The notes under the pieces: model-generated
Told to the model about the DNA's origin: nothing
The model's database searches: none
The model's input: the letters and a program-made list of their open reading frames with translations, nothing else
Translations under genes and position numbers: made by a program
Source: Carcharhinus amblyrhynchos
Taxonomy: Eukaryota
DNA: 64,000 bases
NCBI GenBank assembly: GCA_965287045.1
Contig: OZ336871.1
Span: forward strand, 99,076,001-99,140,000
Reading direction: 5' to 3'
In this document: positions 24,950-37,623 of the stretch, piece after piece
Layout of the letters: the number at the start of each line of letters is the position of its first letter
Numbering within the stretch: position 1 is the stretch's first letter

Positions 24950-27089
24950 CCCATTTGTGGGTTTCCCATCAATCAGAGGGGATGAATGGGATGAATGACA
25001 GTGAGTCAATTCTGGGCAGATTGGAATGCTCGGTCACAGCCAATTGTTGCATCGTTCCAAAAATACTGTCGCAGTGTTTGAACCCATTGTTGCAATGTTC
25101 TAAATCGCTTCGCAACGCTCCAACCCATTGTTACAGCGTTCCACCGCTTGTTCTGAGTATTTCCGACAAAGGGAGGATTTCTAATTGAAGGGACCCCAGT
25201 GGGGGTCAGAAAGACTCAGCAGAACATTGATTCCTGAGGCTGCAGCAACCACAGGAATGGAGGGGAGACCGGGGAAGGCTGCCCTCGCTGTCTCTCACTT
25301 GTACCTTGGGATCCTGCTGTGGAATCTCTGGGATTGTAATGGGGTGAATTCTCCCAGGGAGGGAATAAAGGGGACAGTCTCTCCAAACAAACACAACAAG
25401 GCTGGAAGAAGCCAAGGAAGTGAGCCACAGCAGTGTGAGCCCTTGACTCTGAAACAGTGCACCAAGAGGATCCAGGACCTCCAGAGGGTGGGAAAAGGTG
25501 ACCAGCAGAATAATTCCTGGGGCCAAACCCCACATTCTGCCTTTCCCAGCATTCTCCTGCACAGCATGCCTCAGAACAATACACATTACAGCTCCACTCG
25601 TTCCTCTCTTTCCAGGCACCTCACATCCTCATCTGAACAGCCAACACTCTCACTCACCCTACCCAATGACCTCTTACACCTATCTCTCACGCTCATTGTC
25701 TACAAATGTTGTTCTCTTCTCACAGGCTGTTTCTAACACTCACAACTCTCTGCTTTCTCTCCTTGCAGGAGAAGTGAGTCCATGACTTTGGGGAGAATCA
25801 GAGACAAATGGGAAGTGACAGCTGTCCAGTGATACCCACATAGATGGCCACTGGCAATCCATCCACAGTTGCTCTGCTGGGCAGGAAGTCTTGTTCCAGG
25901 CGATGACCTTCCATGAAAACCTGAATCTCCTGAGCTACTGGTGTTCTGACATTATGAGAGAGGGAGTGATCCTAGGGGGGTTGTATTGGGGGTCTCATTG
26001 CCTTGGAACTGGATTTCTGTGGCCGTCCCTTCTGTCCTGTGGAGAGCCACATAGCTGAGGACAAGACTACAGCTGCTGGTTGTGCACTTGTCACTGATGT
26101 TGCTGCTCCTCTTGTTCCTTGTCAAGGGTGCGTGGTAGAGATGAGTAAGTTGCCCCCATGCTACAATGAAGGTGTACAGCAGGGAAGTGCAGCTGAAAGT
26201 GATGGAGGTGGAAGACATGTGAACTGACTTCCAACTGACATCAAATAGTGAGAACATTAACTCAGAAGAACTGCTGTGAGCATTAACCTCACACCTGGAC
26301 ATGGCTGGAGCTGGCCATGAAACCAAGACTCAAGCCATGTTAACATTGGGTAGGTTTTTAGAATGATGGGGGTTTATCTTCCTGCCATCCCCAGTGTTGG
26401 CAGATAACACATCCCCGGCGATACGCCCTGCCCCACAGCCATTTGATAATTCAACAAGTATTATTTGGCTGGAGGTGGGACTGCCGTCCCTCACTCGGGA
26501 ACAATCTGATTAACCAGGAGCTCCTTAGACCCTGAAGTGCCAGAAGCTTCAGTGGACACCAGTGTCTACATCCTGAAATATCAGGGTTCGGTAATTTGGG
26601 GGTTTCAGGGTGGGAAAGGGAGGTGAGGCCCAGACAGGTGGGCAGAATGGGATGGGGTGTTGGTGGAAAGGACAGTGGGGTGGAAGGACCTGTTCTTTTG
26701 GGGGGAGATGGTGGGGGGATTGTTCTCGATGTTAAAAGGAGATTGATGATGGAGGTGCCCACCCTGAGGCCTGAACCAGGTTACTTTAAGGACTCCCCTC
26801 TTGCTGCTGAGTTCCTCCCAAAGGGATGAAAATTAAGGCTGGGTAAGAAACAGCTCTTAAGTTGTCAATATTTTGCTATTTAAAGACCCCAATCTGGCAA
26901 AAGCGGGCAGGGCTGCCTCGGCCTCTCCCATTCTAGTGGGAAATCGCAGAGAGGTCAGGACGAGGCATCCAAGAAATTTTACAGCCACCAACGCTGCCCC
27001 CTCCCGCACCCCAACCCCTTCCCCCTGCCACTCACCTCCCACCAACTACATCTAGAGACCTGCTAGCAGGGGAATGTAAAATTCTGCCC
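24950..27089. mobile_element. Decayed two-gene PIF/Harbinger element (Myb/SANT-like gene on +, transposase remnant on -)
   Basis: KQCTKRIQDL at 25452-25482, followed by a GT donor (25498) and a TTGCAG acceptor (25768) leading into an EK-x-x-H exon. Minus strand LRRFRFS...LPVAI at 25843-25935. Right TIR GTAAAATTCTGCCC followed by ATT. Confidence 0.6.
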
Positions 27090-27419
27090 ATTCTTCCTGC
27101 CTGTATATTATTCCATTTGAAAGCTTCCAGCTTCCCAGCCAGATGTTCTGCACAGGTCCTTTGGCAAAACCTTTATATGTGCATCAAGTACAAAGAGGAT
27201 GGAGACTGACAGCAAGCAAAGGATGTTTGGTCATAACTTTATTTAACAATTTAAATAATACCGCAGGGTTATTTAGTCCTGGAAGTACAAAGGAATCACA
27301 TTAATCTGTAACTTGAGCAGCTCAGTGAAAGATAGATGACGCTATCACAAGGTCCAAAGCTCTGCTAGAAATAAACACTAGCCCAGTATTACACATCTGT
27401 ATTACACATCGTTACCCAG

Positions 27420-27700
27420 GCACAAATCGATCCCTCTATTAGACAGCAATATTGATAAATATGTATCAAATCAATGGGGATGACAGATCTGGCAAAGGTT
27501 TGAGTTCCCAACAACATGAACAACCTGTTGGATTCAATTCCGCGCATGCATTCTACCTTTCAAAATCTGCAACGACCTCACATGGATGCTCGCAGCTGTG
27601 AGAGGCAGAGCCCAGCATTACTTGGCAGCAGGCCAAGGGCAAATGTCAAGGACAGCTGCTACTGAGGAGGGATCAGCAGCTGCGGTGTAAAGGCAGATTG
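27420..27700. promoter_or_regulatory. Candidate enhancer: three CAGCTG E-boxes, a perfect NFI palindrome and ONECUT/CUX-like motifs
   Basis: CAGCTG at 27593, 27653 and 27677. TTGGC-N5-GCCAA at 27622-27636. AAATCGAT and AAATCAAT at about 27424 and 27468. TE-poor context. Confidence 0.4.
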
Positions 27701-28504
27701 GTGAATGTACAGAATCCAACATTGGAAGGACACCGAGTTCCCTGGATTCCTGTCACATGCACAAGTCTTTCGGACTTCACACGAGGCCTGATCACAATAA
27801 CTGGAGCAGAAGTATTTTTTTGTTGTTTTTTAAGTTGTGCTGAATCTGAAAGTGAAACTAAAAGCAAGAGGATAAAAAACTGTGTAGAGGAAGTTAAACA
27901 ATCTGGGGGCTAATACAAGAAGAATTGTAGGAGAAAACAGAAGCTGCAAAAATCTAATACATTAAAATAGAAGAGGGAACTCTGAATGGAGCAAATAAAA
28001 AAGAAGAGAAACACATTCCATCGTGAATTCTGCAGTTATTCTTTCCCAGAATCTCAAAACAGGAAATAATTAGCTCTCTCGGTTTTAACTTCTTTTCCTT
28101 CTTTTCAACTCTTTTCACTCCCAAAGTATTGCTCGAATTATCCCTTTGGAGTAACCTTTCAGAAGGACCCATCAATCTGAATTCAAACTTGCGACACTGC
28201 TGTAGCACTCGAAGAGGTAATGAAGAACTTTTAAGACCCTCAAATGCAGCACCAATTCTTTCGCTGCAGACCTTGGTCACCTTTCACACGGCCAAGCCAG
28301 AAAACAGTGGTAAGAAGGGCATACAGATAGCAAGATCTTGGAGGATTCAGGCCTGTGCCCTCACTGCCATTTGTAAGCTTTGGATGAGGAAGTAGTGATC
28401 ATTCCAGTCGAGATGGAGGAAGTGAAACGCTAGTCATGATGATGAAATAATCATTTCCAAATGCTTCTTCCCAATCCTAGTTGGATCAGGGATCACTGCT
28501 GGGA

Positions 28505-29490
28505 TCCTTGCTGTTTGTAATATATATATATGAATGATTTCGAGGAAAATGTAACTGGATTGATTAGTAAGTTTGCGGATGACACAAAGATTGGTGGATT
28601 TGCTGATAGCGATGAGGACCATCAGAGGCTACAGTAGGATGCAGATCAGTTGGAGACTTGGAAGGAGAGATGGCAGATGGAGTTTAATCCAGACAAATAT
28701 GATATTGCATTTTGAAGGTCTGATACTGATAGGAAATATACAGTAAATGGCGGAACCCTTAGGAGAATTGATAGGCAAAGGGATCTGGGTGTACAGGTAT
28801 ACAGGTTACTGAAAGTGGCAATGCAGGTGGAGAAGGTAGTCAAGAAGGCATACGGCATGCTTGCTTTCATTGGCCAGGATATTGAGTTTAAAAATTGGCA
28901 AGTCATGTTGACGCTTTATAGGACTTTACTGAGGCCACACTTAGAATATAGTGTTCGGTTCTGATCGCTACACTACCAGAAGGATGTGGAGGCTTTGGAG
29001 AGGGTACAGAAAAGATTTACCAGGATGTTGCCTGGTATGGAGGGCGTTAGCTATGAGGAGAGGTTGGAGAAACTTGGTTTGTTCTCACTGGAGCTACGGA
29101 GGTTGCGGGGAGATCTGATAGAAGTCTACAAGATTATGAGAGGCATGGACAGAGTGGATAGTCAAAAGTTTTTTTCCTAGGGCGGAAGGGTCAATTACTA
29201 GGGGGCACAGGTTTAAGGTGCACAAGGCAAGGTTTAAAGGAGATGTATGAGGCAGATTGTTTACACAGTGAGTAGTGGATGCCTGGAACTCATTGCTGGG
29301 GGAAGTCGTGGAAAGCGGATATGGTAGTGACTTTTAAGGGGTGTCTTGACAAGTACATGAATGAGATGGGAGTAGAGGGATATGGTCCCCGGAAGCGTTA
29401 GGGGGTTTTAGTTAAGTTAGGCAGCATGGTCGGTGCAGGCTTGGAGTGTCGAAGGGCCTGTTCCTATGCTGTAATTTTCTTTGTTCTTAA
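28505..29490 (+). mobile_element. 5'-truncated CR1 LINE with 3' end
   Basis: FADDTKIGG and MEALERVQKRFTRMLPG motifs. Hairpin and TTTCTTTGTTCT tail. Same subfamily as the copies at 48803 and 60235. Confidence 0.9.
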
Positions 29491-29569
29491 TTGGTTTCAG
29501 ATGGGACTGTGGGGCTAGATCCTTTGTCTTTCTATGAAGATGTGTTAATGAAAATATTAATGTATACAT

Positions 29570-30070
29570 GTGGAGATGTGGACAGTGCGGAAGGATGTTG
29601 CAGGTTACAGAGGGACATAGATAAGCTGCAGAGCTGGGCTGAGAGGTGGCAAATGGAGTTTAATGCGGAAAAGGATGAAGTGATTCACTTTGGAAGAAGT
29701 AACAGGAATACAGAGTACTGGGCTAATGGTAAGTTACTTGGTAGTGTGGATGAGCAGACAGATCTTGGTGTCCATGTGCATAGATCCCTGAAAGTTGGCA
29801 CCCAGGTTGATAAGGTTGTTAAGAAGGTGTGTTAGCTTTTATTGGTAAAGGGATTGAATTTCAGAGCCATGAGGTCATGTTGCAGCTGTACAAAACTCTG
29901 GTGCGGCTGCACTTGGAATATTGCTTACAGTTCTGGTCGTTGTTTATAGGAAGGATGTGGAAGTATTGGAAAGGGTGCAGAGGAGATTTACCAGGATGTT
30001 GCCTGGTATGATGGGAAGGTCTTATGAGGAAAGGCTGAGGGACTTGAGGCTATTTTCATTCGAGAGTTGA
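29570..30070 (+). mobile_element. CR1 ORF2 internal fragment
   Basis: LQRDIDKLQSWAERWQMEFNAEK and LYKTLVRLHLEYCLQFWS motifs. Confidence 0.85.
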
Positions 30071-30149
30071 AGGCTACCGGATCCCTTCAGCTGTAAACAA
30101 ATATATGGACACTCCATGAATACTTTTCACTGTTTTTCCTTGTTAATTG

Positions 30150-31990
30150 GCCAAGTTTTTAATACTGAATAGAGTTTTGTTTTATATTTTTAAGTTATGG
30201 AGAGGGGGAGGGGAGTGGGGAGGGGTGTGGGTTGTACGTGTTGTTTTTTGCATTCGTGGGTAGGTGGACATATTTGTATATTTTAAAACCTTTTGTTAAT
30301 GATTTTTGCATTTTTGCCTAAATGAGTTTTAGCAATAAAACTAACTCTTTGCTTGTTAACTTAAAGAACCCTTCTGGCATAGTCCATACACCGAGATGTA
30401 TACTTAAATATATATTAAATTGGCAACATCACCTCCCTATTAAATTCAAACTCTGTGAAAGCCAACTCAGGGATGGGAAAAAGAGTGGAGTCATTCTTGC
30501 TGACCTGGTTGTAACAGATTTTTGGTGGCACGTCCAGGATTTAAACACATAGACAAACAAATGTAATTGGAAGTGAAAACTCAATTAATCCATGGGCATA
30601 ATTTATAAACACCGGTGTTCTTGTATACTGGAGTGCTCCCAAACTAACCAAAATACCACTTTCAAGACAAATATGTTTTTAAAACAGAGACACAATAATT
30701 CGGAACATTTTAGAGGCAATTTGTCCACTGACAAATGAAGAAATGAGGCTAAGTGGCTGGAGCTGGAATTTCAACTGAAGGCAAGGAAACAAGAAATTTG
30801 AAAACTAGCACCAACAGTCTTGAAATTGAATTAGAAGATAAGCATGGAGTCAGAAATAGACCAACCAGCTTGAACAGAAGTACAGCTGGAACTGAAGAGG
30901 CAAGAACTAAAGTTCCAGGCTAGGGAAAGAGAGAAAGAAAACAGAAAGGGAGAAGCAGGAGATAGAGAGGGAAAGAGAGAGGCAGGAGAAAGGAAAAGAG
31001 AGAGCACTTTAAAGAGAAATAGAAAACAGAGAAAATGGAAGGAATGGAGGAAAGAGCAAGAATTTAACTTAAAACTGTTTGAACTAAGAGGGGAGGCTGG
31101 ACCCAGTGAATAGACTGTTAAGGAGAAACCTGCCTTCAACTCAAGACCAGTTAGAATCGTAGAAACCCTACAATGCAGAAAGAGGCCATTCAGTCCTCAA
31201 GTCTACACCGATCACAATCCCACTCAGTCCCTATCCACATAATCCCACATATTTACCCTACTAGCTCCCCTGACAGTAGGGAGAAATTTAGCATGGCCAC
31301 TCCATCTAACCCATACACCTTTGGACTGTGAGAGGAAACTGGAGCACCTGAAGGAAACCCATGCAGACACAAGGAGAATGTGCAAACTTCACACTGACAG
31401 TGGCCGAGAATTGAACCTGGGTCTCTGGCGCTGTAAGGCAGTGGTGCTAACCACTATGCCACCTTGCAGTTTAAATGTTTCCGAAGTATCCCAAGACTTG
31501 AGGAAGGTGACACAGAAGCATTTTTCATTTCATCTGAGAAAATAGCGAAGCAAATGATACAGTCTGAAGAAAGCTGATGCTACTCACACAAAGCAGGCTA
31601 ACAGGCAAAGCAACCCCATGAGGGTTATGCCATGCTATCTGAAGAGACTTCCTTAGATTATGACTTGGCAAAACAGGCTTTCCTCAGTGCATATGAGTTT
31701 GTGACTGAAAGCAGAAACCTGAGCAAAATTATATAGAATTTGAGAGAGTCAAACTACTTGGTTTTGACAGCTGGATGTGGACACTTAAATTAGAGCCCGC
31801 CTACGAAAGCCTCAGAGAGATAATTCTCCATGAAGAATTTAAAAATTTACTCCCTCCTTCCGTAAGAAAACATGTGGAAAACCAAAAGCTTTCCAAAGTT
31901 AGACAAGCTGCTGAGGTGGCAGATGATTATGAGCCCTTACCCCAGGGGAAACCTTTTTTCTGCGAACACCCACAAGCCTGTGAAGGACAG
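30150..31990 (+). mobile_element. Gmr1-like Gypsy remnant: LTR end, tRNA-Pro-like PBS and decayed SCAN-type gag
   Basis: LTR ends TGTAACA at 30516. TGGTGGCACGTCCAGGAT at 30523-30540 matches the tRNA-Pro PBS TGGGGGCTCGTCCGGGAT at 15/18. E/R/K coiled coil, EGDTEAFFISSEKIAKQM, and LREIILHEEFKNLLP...QAAEVADDY. Confidence 0.75.
31152..31465 (-). mobile_element. HE1 SINE (CR1-type tail) inserted in gag
   Basis: TAGAATCGTAGAAACCCTACA tail. Head CAGTGGTGCTAACCACTATGCCACC as read on +. Confidence 0.85.
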
Positions 31991-32304
31991 AGGGTAGACG
32001 GGTGAAAGGGTGGCAAAAATATAGGGGTGAGAAGGGAAAGTTAGGAATGCAATGGGGTCCCTTCTGCAGGACTAAATGAAGGCACTGAGTGTGAGAATGA
32101 GTGATGCTTGGAAGCATATATGTTCCTATGGATGCATCCATCCATGCAAAGGATGGATACCTTTGCATCAATTGTTGTAAGTTATGTGGAAAGCCCAAAT
32201 GATTTGTTTGGGGTAAACCATGTTAGTGAAGGAAAAAGGGCCCCATGTGATTTCAGTGTCTGCAGAGTCACGCATGTTGCTGAATATTGTGCAACCATCA
32301 GTGA

Positions 32305-32860
32305 ATATCCTATATGATGGAAGGGAGGTCATTGATGAAGCAGCTGAAGCTGGTTAGGCCTAGGACATTGTCCTAAGGAACACCAGCAGTGATGCCCTGA
32401 AACTTTAATGATTCTCCAACAATCACAGCCACCTTCCTTTGTGCCAGATATGATTGCAACCAGCAAAGAGTTTTTCCCCTGCTTCCCATTGACTCCAATT
32501 TTGCTCGTATTCCTTGATGTCATGCTTAGTCAAATTTTCCTTGATATCAAGGGCTGTCACTCTCACCTCACCTCCTGAGTTCAGCTCTTTTGAACCAAGG
32601 CTGCAATGAGGCCAGGAGCTGAGAGATCCTGGCAGAACCCAAACAGAGTGTCAGTGAGTAGGTTATTTCTAAACAGGCGCTGCTTGATAACATTGTTGAT
32701 GATCACTTCCATCACTTTACTGATGATTGAGAGTAGAGAAATGGAGTGGTAGTTAGCTGGGCTGCATTTGTCCTGTTTTTTGCGTACAGGAAATGCCTGG
32801 GCAATCTTCCACATTGTCAGATAGTTGCCAGTGTTGTAACGGTACTAGAACAGCTTGTCT
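32305..32860 (-). mobile_element. CR1/L2-group LINE RT fragment
   Basis: KKQDKCSPANYHSISLLSIISKVME...FGFCQ and ALDIK...FD motifs. Confidence 0.75.
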
Positions 32861-32974
32861 ACTCCTTTTCACACGGTTGTAACAATCTGCGCCACTTGGC
32901 AATGGTGGTGGGGAAATTTTTGGGAATTAAAATGGATATGTCTCCTGAACTTGCTGTTTTCCACCTCAAGGTGA

Positions 32975-33850
32975 GATGATTGCAGTGTGTTTGTTATTAT
33001 CTTTCAAAACTCCGTTGATTGGGGTATTGAGAAATTGGGTTGCAAATTTGCTAATGTCACTTTATAAAGAACAGTGCAATAACATGAGAAAGCAAATTAG
33101 CAAAGGCCTGTCAGTTTAATGACAGATACGGGGAAGCTGACATAATGTCAGTCGAGATTGAATGGCTACCCATTTGCACCTATATGCACTGATCAGGGAG
33201 AGCTAACTTTGCTAAGGTAAGTTATGACTGACTAATCTACCCCAACTGAATTTTTTGAGATGGTCATTGTCATGGCAACCTCAGAGATCACATGACCTTT
33301 TCATCTGAAGTTTGGGCAAATCTCGGGAACCATGTGCCTCCACAACCTATGGGATGACAAGATGCGTGATTTGGAGCTGGACAGTGGCCTTTAGGACCTG
33401 CAGTTGGGGCCCGGACAACAGGTTGTGAGAGGTATGAAAGTGCTGTCATTTCGCTGTAAATGATTCCTGTAAATAGTCTCCTCTTCCTGTAAAGAAATAG
33501 TTGTTACTTCACCAGCTGTTTGGCCACCAGGTGTTTTGTTACTCTGGCCATTTTTAAGGGAAGATGAGGAACTATCTAGGAATATTATTTATATGAACTT
33601 CTTCAGTATTATTTGAAAAATGAGACTCAATGAAGTAACGTTTTGACTTGGGTTAGAATTTAATTAGGAGTTAGGAGACAGGGAGTGTGGATAAAGGGCA
33701 GGTATTATGCTTGGCAGGATTTTTACAAGTTGTTCTCTCAAGTGATCTGGTGTGTACCCTCAATCTTTCATCTATTTCTTAATTGCTTGGATGAAGGTTA
33801 GAGAATTGTACGTCTAATCTTGGAGAATACACAACAATAAGAGAGACAAA
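32975..33850 (+). mobile_element. Very decayed CR1 RT fragment
   Basis: IIFQNS, ANVT, RPVSL-like and CxTNL...EFFE remnants. Apparently interrupted at about 33270-33545. Confidence 0.5.
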
Positions 33851-34138
33851 GTTTTCAAGTTTATTTATTAGTGTCACAGGTAGGTTTACATTAACACCTC
33901 AATGACATTACTGTGAAAATCCCCTAGTCACCATACTCTGGCACCTGTTCAGGTACACTGAGGGAGAATTTAGCATGGCCAATGCACCTAACCAGCACAT
34001 CTTTCAGACTATGGGAGGAAACCAGAGCACCTGGAGGAAACCCACGCAGACATGGGGGGACTGTGCAGGATCCGAACAGTGACCCAAGCCGGGGATCAAA
34101 CCTGGGCCCCTGGCACTGTGAGGCAGCAGTGCTAACCA
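33851..34138 (-). mobile_element. HE1/V-SINE, tail type B
   Basis: Homologous to 326-643. Confidence 0.85.
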
Positions 34139-34189
34139 ATAAGTAATTCAGAGGGGATTACAATAGTACATAGGCAGATTAAGCGACTA

Positions 34190-35920
34190 TGTAGTATAAA
34201 GGGTTATCAGCATGGATATGCTAACTTATGAAGCAAACAATGTCATGGCAGTTATGTCAGGCAGTCGTATATGAAGTACCATAGGGGCAGACAGGAGGTT
34301 CTGAGGGGAGATGGGCCTTCCCTGCAACTCATTATTTATATACTGTGTGTAGTGTAAATAAACTAGTTTTCAAATAGATACCCTAATATACCTGTGGCTC
34401 TTCCTTGCTACAATCTTGGCCGAGCATATTCTACAACTTGGTAACAACAGTGGCAACACCAATTTCAACCATTATTGGTGCCTCACGATGACCGCTCATG
34501 GCCTATGACAATCACAATCCTGCTTTGGCAAGATGCCTCATCCAGCATCCTGGTGGCGCACCCGTCGCAGACGGGTAGCGATGGTGGCACTGCAAAAACA
34601 GTTGCTCCCTTCTATCCTGCTTGTTTTCAAGCCTCGAGGAACTGCACTGAGATTGTTGCTGAAAGATACATCGCAAACAATTTCTACACCCATTCAAGCT
34701 TGGTCCTTTCCCTTGCGAAAGTGGGCACAAATTGGATCATCGATACTCATGCCTCCCAGGCCTCACTCCTCCAAACCACTCTGGGCCCAAACTCAGTATC
34801 TGTGTGTGTGCTGAACTGCTAAAATGGTACAAAAGGCAGGAAATCAATCCATTGTCAGCTTGAAATGTCTGTGCTGAGATGTGAGAGAACAGCAAGATTT
34901 CCCAGCACAGGATGTTGAGTGCTTCTGATTTGGCAGGATGGGACATTCCCAGTGTTTTTGATCAGTTAGAGTTGCTAACAATTGGGCAAGCACCACCAGA
35001 AAACAACACCAATCTCGCACTTCCTCGGTGAAGTTCAGCAGCATTTCCAGGAGTTCTAGTCTGTCAATTTAGAGGTCAGAGAATTCCCAATGTGTTTCAA
35101 GCTTAAAAGAGGCACAAGGTTATCTGTACTGGCTGATCCTCAGCCTTCCAATAAAACTGGATGAACAAGCCCACATTGTTAAGGACCAGATTATGGCTAC
35201 ACTGTGTCACAGGCTTGGCAGATCACAGAAACCCTTTATGTCATCTGCAAACAAAACACTTCCCTACTGAGCAGGAATGTGTGTACACAGTTAGGCATCA
35301 TAGACATTCTTCCATTCAACGCAAGGACCTCCTTCCACCAGGAATTTCCACAATTATTTCTAACAGCTGGGGAAGCATGGCTCGCCATGCCTGTTCATCC
35401 CTACAAAGGTGCCAGTCCCTCTACTGCCAAATGTTATGGAGAAATTTGACCACATGTTACGCAGGGGTGTCACTTCCCTGGTCACACAGCCAACCCACTG
35501 GTGTTGCAGTCTGGTCACCATTCCCCAGCCTAATGGCCACCTCTGGCTTTCTGAGGATCTAATGAAGCTTAATAAAACCATGCCGCAGGAAGACCACCGG
35601 ATGGCGTTGGTTGTTGGTTGTTTGGCTAAGCTGGCCAAAGCTTTACAAGGCCCATTGTGAACAGTAAATCTGAGCAAATACCACTCAACGAGGAATGTAG
35701 GCTGCTGATGACCATTACTTCACTCTTTTGTCAATTTTGCTTTAACTGCCTCTCCTTCGGCATTTCACCTGCCCCTGAGATATTCCAATGTGTCAAAAAG
35801 CTGCCCCCTCCATATGGAAAACATCCTCATATATGGTTCTACAAGAGCTAAAAAATTGAAATGTTAGAGAAGTCCTCAGGCACTCCAGGGAGCAGACACA
35901 TTGAACATGAGTTTAAGTTC
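34190..35920 (+). mobile_element. Decayed Gypsy LTR retrotransposon (5' LTR, gag, protease, RT)
   Basis: TG...CA LTR at about 34190-34435 with AATAAA, and PBS-like TGGTA at 34439. FKLKRGT (a decayed LDTG). VTQPTHWCCSLVTIP...DLMKLNK and FNCLSFGISPAPEIFQ. Confidence 0.75.
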
Positions 35921-36099
35921 TTCAGGACCAGTAAAAAAATTGCCAGGACAGTTCCAAGAGCAGTTGATGCTAGATCAGTTGCTATCTTTAAATCTGAGAT
36001 AGCAATAAATTTTGTTAAGTAAAGGCATCAAGTGAAATGGGCAAAAGGCAGGTATATAAAGTTAGGCCACAGATCAGCCATGATCTCACTGAATCCAAC

Positions 36100-37085
36100 T
36101 GGGCGCCACAGCCTCTGCACAACTCCGGCCGCTGGATTTCCGGTTCGGGGCAGAGCTGAATAAATTATTGTAATGAGTATTAGCATATCAGTAGTGGGCC
36201 CAGGACTGACGTCTCCAGGCCGGCTAGCCTCTGCCAGAAGTGTTTCACTCCAGCGGGGTCTATAATAGCTTCTCACTACTGGGGAATCTGGCGGACTGAC
36301 CCTGCTGGAATGAAGGGAGACCATAGAAGCCCCACAGAAGCGAGGGGGTAAGGGAATGTCCCTGGGCATTGCCAGCTTGGCAGTGCCAGCCTGGCCCCAC
36401 GGCACTACCTAAGGGACAAAGTGACAATGTCGGGGGCATCTTGGCACTACCCACCGGGCATCAGGCAGTGCTGCGGGGGCAGGGCCTAATGAGGGCAGGT
36501 CTCTCAGGGAGAGATCAGCGTGGTCCCACTGCCACTCTGCACTTGGCAGTGACAGAGGGAGGGAGGCCAGTGATTGGGGCTGGACAACTGGACATTAGAG
36601 TGGTGGGAAGGGTCAGGTTGTGGGGTGGTGGGGGGAGCGGAGGGGCGGGAGGGCCTGACTGTGTGGGGAGTATCGAGGTGGGCCAGGGTGGGGGAGAGTG
36701 TTGAGGCTAGCCGGACACATTTGGGAACCCAGCGATTGGTGGGTGGCGGGGTCAGAGGAGCAGCGATATAAGAACACGGACCTGGCCTGTGATCAGGCTG
36801 GCCAACAATCAGGAGGCTGGTAGTATGGGGGCCACTGTGTATGCGCCAATTTCAGCATTGACAGATCGGTGCATGTGCAGTGGCCCACTCAGCGCCATGC
36901 TGCCAGCCTCTCCAGTAGGAATAGGCACCACCCACTGATTTTTAATGAGATTCACACTGAGGCACACTGCAGTGCTCAGAGTGTGGGACATTCATTTTGA
37001 AAATCCCGCTAAAACAGACAAGGGGATTTACTTCTGTTTTTAACGTGAATTCAGCACTTGGAATTTTTTGGGAGAATCTCACCCA
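36100..37085. mobile_element. Harbinger-type non-autonomous element with G-rich interior
   Basis: Right TIR GGGAGAATCTCACCC and repeated TGGCAGTGCC/GGCACT units. Preceded by a CR1 3' remnant at 35940-36095. Confidence 0.55.
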
Positions 37086-37623
37086 ACATAGTTTTGTGCA
37101 AGAGAAATCATTCAAGGTCCTTGAGGAAATAACAGACAAAGTGGATAAAGAGAACCTGCAGATGTGGTATACTTGGATCTCTAAAAGGCATGATAAGGCG
37201 CTACATCAAAGATCACTCACCAAACAAGAACTCATGGTCTCGGGGGTAATATGTTTGCATGGATAAAGGATTGTTACAGGAAGCAGAAAGTAAGGATAGA
37301 CCAGCTGTTTCAGGTTGGCAAGCTGTAACTAGTGGAGTGCCACAGTGATCAGTGCTGGGTGCTCAACTGTTTACAATTGATGTAAATAACTTGGATGAAA
37401 AGACCAAATTGATGGTGGCTGAATTTGCTGATGGCAACAAGATAAGAAGGAAAGAAACTTGTAAGAAGGAGGTAAAGTGTTTATAGGGATATAGATAGGT
37501 TAAGTGAGTAGGCAAAAAATTGGCAGGTTGAGTATAATGTGGGAAAATGTGAACCTGTCCACCTTGGAAGGGATTAGGAAAGCAAATTGAATGTTAGTGT
37601 TAATTACAAGTAGAATGGAATAT

